NCBI GenBank assembly: GCA_964019335.1
Contig: OZ025754.1
Span: 124,001 to 188,000, forward strand
DNA: 64,000 bases
Reading direction: 5' to 3'
Origin: Diplonema japonicum
Taxonomy: Eukaryota; Protista; Euglenozoa: Diplonemea
Numbering within the stretch: position 1 is the first letter of the stretch; each line of letters begins with the position of its first letter. Of the stretch, positions 44,877 to 53,783 are shown piece by piece. Position numbers and translations under genes: made by a program. A model generated the notes under the pieces. The model had not been told where the DNA came from. It saw only the letters and a list, made by a program, of their open reading frames with translations, and made no database searches.

Positions 44877-45695
44877 TTATTTCACCTCCTGCACAAGTAT
44901 CCTTGCGTACTCTCTTAGAAGGTTTTCGTAACACTTCTTTAGCAAAGGCGCAGAGTGCTCGTAAGAGCTTAGGTAGTTCGGTCGATTGGGGTTCATGTTC
45001 GGCCCGACAACGTGCACCACGTGCTCCACACCTTGCTTGAACAAGGGAGAAGATGGGCTAAGCGGCACGGAATAGGGCGTAGACACCTCAGCGTGGGTGC
45101 CATGAAGCCGTGTGGTGTCGATGGCAAGGGCAGGCCCGGCTGCTTCATGAATACTGCGGTTAATTCCACCTGTTTTGGGGCCTCCATAAAGTCGGGAGTT
45201 TGCTGCATTTGCAAGAACGAAGCAAGCGCCTCGTTGAGTGGGATCAGCCACATCGCCCAACCTTAGTGTAAACCTTCCGTAGGTTATTCTCGGCATATAC
45301 TTTCGAAAGGCTTCCAGAGTTTTTGTTGTCTTCCTGCCCTCCGGGGAGAAGTCGAGCAAAACGATGTCTACCATCCCCTCGATCTTTGTCCCCTTCACCT
45401 CGTTTAGAAATTCACCAACAACCTCGCAGGCGATTTTCGCGGCAACATCCGTGTCGAACCCAAAGATGGCTGTGCTAAAAGAAGGCATCACCAAGGGCTT
45501 CACACCCTTCTTCCGGAGACTGGCGTATCCTTGTGTCTCCGGCCATCGCATGTATCCTTTCACGGTGTCTATCAGTACCCCGTTGTATTCAAACTGTCCT
45601 TTCCCGCTGTGTCCTTCTACCACCGCTGTCATTTCTTCGTCGAGCACTCGCCATATTGGGTTTTTTTCTCGGGTTTTATACTCCCACACGGGCAT
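44877..45695 (-). CDS. WWE-like domain + circularly permuted macrodomain
   Basis: VWEYK..WRVLDEEMTAVVE..IDTVKGYM (WWE-like). PSFSTAIFGF (normally C-terminal) precedes GDVAD..NAANSRL..GGINRSIHEAAGP..HVVHVVGPNMNPNRPN. Confidence 0.85.
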   Translation of the reverse strand: MPVWEYKTREKNPIWRVLDEEMTAVVEGHSGKGQFEYNGVLIDTVKGYMRWPETQGYASLRKKGVKPLVMPSFSTAIFGFDTDVAAKIACEVVGEFLNEVKGTKIEGMVDIVLLDFSPEGRKTTKTLEAFRKYMPRITYGRFTLRLGDVADPTQRGACFVLANAANSRLYGGPKTGGINRSIHEAAGPALAIDTTRLHGTHAEVSTPYSVPLSPSSPLFKQGVEHVVHVVGPNMNPNRPNYLSSYEHSAPLLKKCYENLLREYARILVQEVK

Positions 45696-45729
45696 CTTTG
45701 TGGAATTAAAAAAAAAAAAAAAAATGGGG

Positions 45730-45763
<34 letters not shown>

Positions 45764-45764
45764 T

Positions 45765-46485
45765 TCACAACTCCGGATAGGGCATCAGAATGTCTTTTTG
45801 AAGGAGGTTGAAGTGGAGGGAGAACCTCACGAACCGCTCGCAGACCTTCGTCATCTTCTCGAAGTCCATGAAGGACTCGTTGTGGTGGTGCCATGCGTGG
45901 GCAAATATGCGGTACAACCTCCGAATCATGTTTGCGAAGAGTGTGGCAGGGGGGTCCTTCCGCTCGGAGAAGAACTTGGTGGAGTGCAGCACCGTGGCCG
46001 CACCGTCTAGGGTGTGGAAAGCGTAGTCTACAGCGGGACACTGGAAAAAAAATTTTTTTGAAAAAAAGAAATACAACACACACCTCTTGCGGTGTTTTGT
46101 GGCACGCGCATAAAAAAAGCCACTCAGAAGTTGCCGTCATTTTCGGGCAAGACACGCGGGTGCAAATCCCTGACAAATGTACAACAAGTTTATTGAGCCC
46201 ATTGATGAATAGTCTCATGCACTCGTGCTGCCATAAGCCTTCGTCTATGCCTGGTGCTGGGGGGATCGTTGCCGACTCAACCTCCCCCGGTGCTAGTGTT
46301 GTTATGAGATTCAAATAGGTCTCCACTGCTGCCTGAGCGCTGTCGCAATAGCTAGTGACCTTTGCCCACAGCTCTGCGGACAGCGTGCTGCCCCCAGCGT
46401 CTATCGCCTCTCTAGAGATCAGCGATTCCAGGGACGGCACCATACCTAGCCCCAGAGGGCTCCCCGATAGTGTAACGTGGTTCAT
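45765..46485 (-). CDS. MOB4: MOB4/phocein-like protein; 2 exons (intron 46041..46083)
   Basis: DEGLWQHECMRLF..CPKMTATSEWLFLCACHKTPQE|CPAVDYAFHTLDGAA..RRLYRIFAHAWHHH..CERF. Confidence 0.92.
46041..46083 (-). other. 43-nt conventional T-rich GT-AG intron
   Basis: CAAGAG|GTGTGT..TTTTTCCAG|TGTCCC. Confidence 0.92.
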
Positions 46486-46560
46486 TTTTTTTTTCTCCCT
46501 TTGTTTCTTTTCTTCTCTACTTCCCCCTCCCCAACACCCAACCCTCTTTTTTTTTTTTTT

Positions 46561-47760
46561 TTGCCGAATACCACTATTCATTATCATCATATTGGGGTAG
46601 GGGGCTAAAAGTGGTCAGTATTTTTGGAGTACTTTTTTTTACTATGAAGATTGTCTAGTCAGGAACAAAAAAAAAAAAAAAAAAAGAGAAAAATCTCGCA
46701 TTTTTTCTCTCCCCCACCCCCAGGTTGAGGATCGCCAATGGTCAGTACTTTTTTTTTTAAATGAAAATTTTGTCGTCAAATAAAGAAGAAAGAGGTTTCT
46801 CTTTTTTTTTTTCTATTTTGCCGAATACCACTATTCATTTCTATCATCATATTTTCTTCCGGGGGGGGGGGGGGGAGGGGGGTTTGGGTCCAAGGTTTGG
46901 TCAGTGCTTTTTGTTAATGAAATTTTGTCGCCAAATAAAGAAGAAGAAGAAGAAAAAAAAGAGAAATCTCTTTTTTTTTTCCCTTCATTTTCCCCTATTT
47001 TGCCGAATACCACTATTCATTTCTATCATCACATCTCTTCTTCTTCCCCGGGGGGGGGGGGGGGGGGGGAGGGGTTGGGTCCCAAGGTTTGGTCAGTTCT
47101 TTTTTTTAATGAAATTTTGTCGCCAAATAAAGAAGAAAGAGGTTTCTCTTTTTTTTCTATTTTTGCCGAATACCACTATTCACTTCTATCATCATTTTTT
47201 TTTTCCCCCGAGGGTTTTGGGTCCCAAGGGTCAGTTCTTTTTTTTTAATGAAATTTTGTCGCCAAATAAAGAAGAAAGAGGTTTCTCTTTTTTCTATTTT
47301 GCCGAATACCACTATTCATTTCTATCATCATATTTTTTTCCCGGGGGGGGTTTGGGTCCAAGGTTTGGTCAGTGCTTTTTGTTAATGAAATTTTGTCGCC
47401 AAATAAAGAAGAAGAAAAAAAAAAGAGAAATCTCTTTTTTTTTTTTTTTCATTTTCCCCTATTTTGCCGAATACTTCATTTCTATCATCACATCTCTTCT
47501 TTCCGGGGGGGTTGGGTCCCAAGGTTTGGTCAGTTCTTTTTTTTTAATGAAATTTTGTCGTCAAATAAAGAAGAAAGAGGTTTCTCTTTTTTCTATTTTG
47601 CCGAATACCACTATTCATTTCTATCATCATATTTTTTCCCGGGGGGGGGGTTGGGTCCAAGGTTTGGTCAGTGCTTTTTTTTTATAATGAAATTTTGTGT
47701 CCAAATAAAAAAAAAGACTTTTTTTTTTCTCTCTATTTTACCGAATACCACTATTCATCT
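46561..47760. repeat. Tandem array of ~8 units (134-257 bp) with conserved blocks separated by variable homopolymers
   Basis: CCGAATAC(CACTATTCAT) at about 46564, 46821, 47003, 47166, 47302, 47467, 47601 and 47741; recurrent GGTCC(C)AAGGTTTGGTCAGT and AATGAAATTTTGTCGCCAAATAAAGAAG. Confidence 0.93.
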
Positions 47761-48269
47761 CATATGCGAAAGTTTGATGGAAGGAAAACGAGCACAAACA
47801 AACGATGCAAAAATCAAAAAAAGAGAATAGTAATATAATGAATCGCAGGGGGGGGGGGGGGGGGGGTAGAGGTAGTATTTCCCTTTCTTTTTTTTCTTTT
47901 TGTCAAAAAACATAAAATATACCACCTTGCACCTAAGCTTGGGTAGTGAGGTAGTGGGGGGGGGGGGGGGGGGGAAGTAGGGCGTATAAAAAAAAGAAGA
48001 AAAAAGCGTTAAAAAAGCAGAACCCGCCCCTTCTCTCTCTCTCTCTCCCCCTGGTTTTTTTTTTTTGTGTCCTTCTCCTGCTTTCTTTTTTCTTTTCTTT
48101 TTTTTTTGATAAATTACAACAACAAAAAAAAAAGTGCGTTTCCTTCCCTCTTCCCCTTTTTCTTTTCTTTCTCTTTCTGGAAAAAAAAAAAAAAGAAAAA
48201 AAAAAGGCCAAAAAATCTTTTTTTTTTAACGGAATGGAAAGAAAAAAAAAAAAAACCAGACTAACACTC

Positions 48270-48301
<32 letters not shown>

Positions 48302-48302
<1 letters not shown>

Positions 48303-51300
48303 CACGCCCCATTACCCACAGTCTGGTGGTCATCATCAGGTCGAATGTAGCCTACAACACGATGCCCTTGAATCTGCGATGAAAAAAAAAAGATTTTTTT
48401 TTAACCCCTAAACGCCCGCGCGGACGTTTTTGTCCTTATTTCAAAATTTGCTTTTTCGCTAACTACTTTTTTTTGAACACGGCCCCTGGACTTCAAAATA
48501 TGGCATTGTTGCGCGGTTTATTTTGTCTTGGAACTACATTTTTGCGTTAAAATTTAAGTTTTAATTGAAACTGGCAGGGTTGGCTTAAAATGAAATCAGA
48601 TGGTCAAAATAGCAGCGAAAACGTGAGTCTCCCCGACTGGTCAGATAAAGAAGAAAAAGACGATGAGGCGGTCAAAGAGGGGCCGGAAACGATGCTTGGG
48701 TGGGAGAAATACTCCCAAAGGCCCGAAACATATCATTTCCGTGAAAAGGTGGGCTTAGGACACCTCTAGGTGAAGCGGCCAATGAGGAGGGTGTTTTTAA
48801 TCTTTTTTTTACACACGCGGTACTTGAGCTCATAGTTTCTTCCCCGAACGGTCGTTTCGATTCAAAAAAAAACAGCGGAAATCTTTCCATCCCAGAGTAC
48901 AAAATAAGGCTTGGGTTGGTCCTGTTAATGGGTTTACGCTCGGCACCGAACATGAAGAGCTACTGGACAACAAATTCTATTTTAACCATCCCGGCTTTTG
49001 AGAAAATGAGCAAACCGATTCGTTGACATACAGCGCTACCTCACCTTTGACACCTGGAAAACATCAGTAAAGCCTGAAACTGCACCTCATGCGCAGGTTT
49101 CTTGACATCATTGTCAACCGGTGTAGGACTGTGCGGACCCCCTGGCAAGTGGTTGTCTGTTGACGACAGTGTTATCCCGACAACAATAAAAGTCATGGCA
49201 CCACGAAAAATCAACTCGGTGGGCATCAAGGTAATCGCTACATGCGACTCATAAAGCGGTTACCTGGTGAATTTCAACATTTTCAGCAAGAAGTCCACAA
49301 CACAGGACCTAGTCACGCGTACTGTCGACTCCTAAGGGTTTGCTGTCGACCCCTGACCGGCAAGACCAGCTCCAGGGGACTGGAGTTCGGCATATTGAAA
49401 ACCCGGAAGTGGACCATGGTCGTTTTTTATTGGGTCCTGGAAAGCTGTGTTGCCAACTCCTCCATAATCTGGAAGAAGAGCAGGGAATGTGGCAAAAATT
49501 ATGGCTTCCCAAGCTTCAAAGAAGAACTTGTTGGAAAGCTTCTCGCCCATGCCCCAAAAGCCGATAGCACACCACCCCCGACGACACCGTCACCGACCCC
49601 CAAGCGCAAACACGCTAGCAATGAGGATTCCCTCACCCAGAAATACCCAAAACGTCTCGATTTGACCCTAAATCACACCTCCGAGACCATGATGAACGGA
49701 ACGAAGGTGAGGAGGGTGCTCTGTGCTGTTCCTGGGTGCGGGAAGAAGGTGCAAACGTGGTGCCCCTGTTGCAAAACCCCCTTATGCAAAACGTGTTTTT
49801 TACCCTTCCATGCTACCCCAGCTGAAAAAAAAACTTACAAGTTGCTTTTTTCATCCCCGCAGCCCCAAAAAGTCTCCAGACTGACCTCAATCCTAGAGTT
49901 CAGGGCACCAAATAGGGCTGAATGCTGCCCTTTTTAGCCCAGCCATAACTCCACAAACCCCCCACGACAAGACCCCCCAAAATCGTACATAAAAAGTACC
50001 CCCTCAACCCCCCCTGTTACACACAAAGTTAAGTGTTCTCATCTGAATCTGGCACCTGGAATTGAAAATTTTAGTACCGTTTACCCTTTCCTTGCACCTT
50101 CCTATGGTTGCATGCTGCCCTTTTTTTTTGAGTATTTAAAGCAACAACGAAAATGGGGGGGGTACCGTAGATAGGCTCCGGGCGTTTAGGGGTTAATTTT
50201 TTTTTTTTTTTTTTTTTTTTTTTTCCCCGATAAATATCCCATATACCAACTGCGACTTCTCCTGGATAATATTATTAGCACCATGGTCTCCATCCCCATC
50301 GCTATCACCGTCATGACCAATTTCCAACGTCACCCTAAGATGCTGCGCTTCGTCCACCTGTATGGAAAGGTGGGAAGGAGCACCGATGGAGCTGAGTATC
50401 CATTCGAATACCCACTCACGAAGCGTGTCAACATAATCTTTTGAAGTCCTGTACAGGTCAATGTCTACAGAAGAAATGTGCCAGGAATTGTTGACCCGAT
50501 AGGCACCAACGTGCATTTCACCAAAAAGAAAGTCGGAGTCGAATGTGACTGGGATCTCGTCATCGCCTGCTGTGTTTTTAGTGCCTTCTAGTTCCCATTC
50601 TCGAGTGGTTCTGTCCCCCCCAGAGGAATGGTTCGACCGGAAAACAACCATAAAGCTCGCCTTGTCACCAGAGTAGAAATCCACGTGATAGTCAAAAACT
50701 CCGTTCCCGTCGAAAACCGGTGCTCCGAATTCAGTTTGGACTGTTCGAGAATTCCTTACGAGATTTATTGAGGTGTCCAGGAGCTCGCCATCGCTTGAGA
50801 TTTTATACCTCGAGTATAAATTGTCGAACGGCGATCGCAGTAAAACCCCCACCGCCACCACGAGCAAAATCTGCAAAAACGTTCTGAAATTACGTTTCAT
50901 GGTGCTCAACAAGGAGATCTGCTCCGAGCCTTCATGCATTCCCTGAAGCCTCATCAATGCAGTGCTGCTCGGATCCTTCCCGGCAGACACGACAAATGCC
51001 ACCAAATGTTCCCCGGCATTATCCAGCAAGATGTCCATCCGAATTCTATTTATGTGGTCCCGCCGAATCGGCGCGAGGGATATAATTTCATTCGCGGGGC
51101 CGCCATGATGGTCGCCTTGATGTTCTCTCGCTGCCTCCGCGCCTGTAAATGTATACTCTTGACCAGTTTTTTGAATCATTACTATCTTGAAAGCTTGTTC
51201 CATGTCAATATTGAGGGACACGGCTTCGCTATGGTACTTGGGTGTTAGAATCTGATACCCCTTCTGTCCGGGTTTTTGTCGGGCCAGCTTCGCGTGCATG

Positions 51301-51590
51301 GTTCCACCGTTGTGGTAGATAACTGCGCTTGCGATGCTGTCGATGCAGCACTCCACTGGAAGGTACTTCTGGTCGAATGTTACGGAACGTCTTTTTTTCT
51401 TCATCGGGCTGGTGAGGTCTGTGCCCAGGACTTCTAGTTTTTCTATGTTGCTTGCCAGCGGGTCGTCGTCAGCGTGCGGTGATCTCGTAGTCTCGCCAGT
51501 GTCCGCTATGGGCGACACAACACGTGCCTTGCGGAGGCAGGATTTTTCCGGCGTTGCGCACAGCAGCTCGACGGCATCTTCGGTTACCAT
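48302..51590 (-). CDS. Single-pass membrane protein with possible Coa1/Tim21-like domain; last exon 48302..48373 lies beyond the piggyBac
   Basis: TM ILLVVAVGVLL followed by SINLVRNSRTVQTEFGAPV..GEMHVGAYRVNNSWHISSVDI. Donor TTG|GTATAT at 50246 and acceptor TCGCAG|ATT at 48374 give IQGHRVVGYIRPDDDHQTVGNGA*. Confidence 0.7.
48405..50192 (+). mobile_element. Internally deleted piggyBac element (copy 2) with both TIRs and TTAA TSDs
   Basis: TTAA-CCCCTAAACGCCCG...CGGGCGTTTAGGGG-TTAA; homologous to copy 1; retains C-terminus KTRKWTMVVFYWVLESCVANS and the Cys-rich domain CAVPGC..CPCCKTPLCKTCFLPFH; frameshifted. Confidence 0.96.
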
Positions 51591-51858
51591 TTTTTTTTTC
51601 TTCTTCTTTTTTTTTCCCTTCTTTTTTTTCTTCTCTCTCCCCCCTCCTCCGCGCCCCCCGCACCCGCCTCCTTTTTTTTTTTTTTTTTTTTTTTGAGAAA
51701 AATATCGGGGACGGGAAAAAAAAAAAAAAAAAGGGGGTGAATTTACAGGGTTTTTTTTTTTTTTTTTTTCCAACTTCTAAACTAAAAAAAAAAGAAGGGG
51801 TTGGGACAAAACAATAAATAAAAAAGTTCCCCCTCCCCCCCCCCCCCCCCCCTCACGA

Positions 51859-53541
51859 TCACATCGTCAATGGGTCGCTGTCTTCATCGTCGCCGTCCGT
51901 AAAGCTCGGGATGGCGGGGGTGATGTGATCCGGTTTCGCAAGCAAGCTGACCGGGCGTGTGAACGGCACGGCGGGCGGGTTGCGTGCAGGTACCCTCGGG
52001 GGTGACGCATCGATGCTCCCCACCGACAGACTCGAACTGTCGGAGTGCCGGCTGTATCGAGAACCACTTATGGAGTCTTTCTCCTCTCCACCGACCGCCG
52101 CCTCTGCAGGTTTGGTGGTCAGCGCATCGAGCAAGCTAGCAAGGTCCATATGCTTTGGGTCGTCTTTGTCTTCCTTGCTTTCCTGAACAGAAGGGACAAC
52201 ACTGCTTTTTTTACTCCTTGCAGAGGATGCTATGCTTTCCTCTCTCGACCGCCTGCTTCGGGTGCTCTTTTTGCTTTTGACGGAAGATGCGATACTTGCT
52301 GCACGCTCCACAGCGATGGCAGCGACCTCCTCCCTTACAGCTGCCATCTGTTGCAAAGGAACTGTCAGCTCCGTGCTGAGCACAGACGAGGACTTCGATC
52401 GGTTGTCTTCTTCGTGTTCCTCTTGTGGGGCGGGGGACGGCTGGTGAACTTGTGGTTGTTGTGGTTGAGTTTTCACCTTACGTGTTAAAACCAACTCGTC
52501 GACAGGCGACAGGGACTTTGCGGAGACGGAAGAACGTGCCTCGCTTTGCGCTTTTTCCAGCATCCTGAGCCGTTCATTGAGTAGCGCTTCCTTCTCCGCA
52601 AGGAGCTCCTCTTTAAGAAGAACCGATGCCTCTCGTCGCTGAAGATCTTCATGAGTGTCAACAGACGCGAAGCCAGGTATGGTGGTCAGAAGTGGGGTTC
52701 GCCTGGTAGCTGTGCTTGTGGTGTCGGTTGTTAACAAATCGAAAACACCGGCCTGAGATGCGGTTTGTTGTTGTTGTTGTTGATGTTGATGCGGGTGCAA
52801 GATCTCGTCGTGGGTGAAGGGTTTCATGGTGGTTGTTGGATCGGCTTTGTTTTCCATGAATGCTTCTAGAACCTCCAGCCTGTCGGTCAGACCCTCCACT
52901 CTTGGGTCACGGGTTACGGATAAATCTCCTATCGTCAACGGCCCTGCAGAAGCCCCGGCAATGGAGAAATTATTGTTGTTCAACGCTGCGAGGGCGGATA
53001 CTTCTTGTCGCAGACGGTTGACTTCTGTTCCGGCTTCCATTACGTCTTTTTGGATCAGTTTGCAGAAGTTGAAGATGTTGTTGTGTTTTGCAGCAGGTTC
53101 GACTGTCTTGCGTTGGTCGCGGTCGCACGTTAAGAGGTACTCCAGCTGTGTGATCTTGTTGCCGACTTCTCGGAGAGATGCGGATTGACGGATGGCTGTG
53201 TCTTTCTGTTGGAGTTCGAGTTGGTTTGTTTTTCTCGTTGTGTTTTGTAATAGATGGTTCAGTCGTTCTATTTCCGCACCCACGTCTTGATTTGGGAGCG
53301 CAACGGATTCTACAACGCCTAGCCTTACGCTGATCTCGCGTACCTGCCCTACCAGTTCGTGTACGATAGTTACCAAGCTGTCCGCGTTCACCAGGTGTAC
53401 CTTCCCCACGGTGGCGTCCTTGTGTTTCTTGTTCCTCGACTTGTTCATGCTGGTGTCCATGCCCCTGTCGTCACGCGGGCTTTTTATGTCATACAACGGC
53501 CGTGAGCCCCCCATTGCGCGTCTTCTCATGCTGGTGTCCAT
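51859..53541 (-). CDS. Hypothetical coiled-coil / Ser-rich protein
   Basis: 560-codon ORF with heptad segments and a low-complexity C-terminus. Confidence 0.75.
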   Translation of the reverse strand: MDTSMRRRAMGGSRPLYDIKSPRDDRGMDTSMNKSRNKKHKDATVGKVHLVNADSLVTIVHELVGQVREISVRLGVVESVALPNQDVGAEIERLNHLLQNTTRKTNQLELQQKDTAIRQSASLREVGNKITQLEYLLTCDRDQRKTVEPAAKHNNIFNFCKLIQKDVMEAGTEVNRLRQEVSALAALNNNNFSIAGASAGPLTIGDLSVTRDPRVEGLTDRLEVLEAFMENKADPTTTMKPFTHDEILHPHQHQQQQQQTASQAGVFDLLTTDTTSTATRRTPLLTTIPGFASVDTHEDLQRREASVLLKEELLAEKEALLNERLRMLEKAQSEARSSVSAKSLSPVDELVLTRKVKTQPQQPQVHQPSPAPQEEHEEDNRSKSSSVLSTELTVPLQQMAAVREEVAAIAVERAASIASSVKSKKSTRSRRSREESIASSARSKKSSVVPSVQESKEDKDDPKHMDLASLLDALTTKPAEAAVGGEEKDSISGSRYSRHSDSSSLSVGSIDASPPRVPARNPPAVPFTRPVSLLAKPDHITPAIPSFTDGDDEDSDPLTM

Positions 53542-53783
53542 TTTCTTTTTCTTTTTTTGGTCCCTTCCTTTTTTTTTTTTTTTTTAAAATTAAATCAGAG
53601 GCATCGTGTGGATACAAATGTTGCTTTTTTTGATCTAAAATAAAAATGGGGAGGAGGGGGGGGAAAAAAATCGTTTTTTTTTTTAGAGGGCGGAAAAAAG
53701 GGGGGGGGGAAAAAATCTCTACACGAAAAAAAAAAAAATAAAAAATATGGGATAAGTTTTCAAAAAAAAAAAAAAAAAAAAAA

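Noticed and set aside
46561-47760. CRISPR array or spliced-leader RNA gene array
   Set aside because: Intervening sequences are homologous homopolymer-rich blocks, not unique spacers; no cas genes; eukaryotic context; no match to the euglenozoan SL core (TTTCTGTACTTTATTG-like).
50193-50246. C-terminus VYGIFIGEKKKKKKKKN* of the listed ORF
   Set aside because: Better explained as intron read-through ending at the piggyBac TTAA target site.
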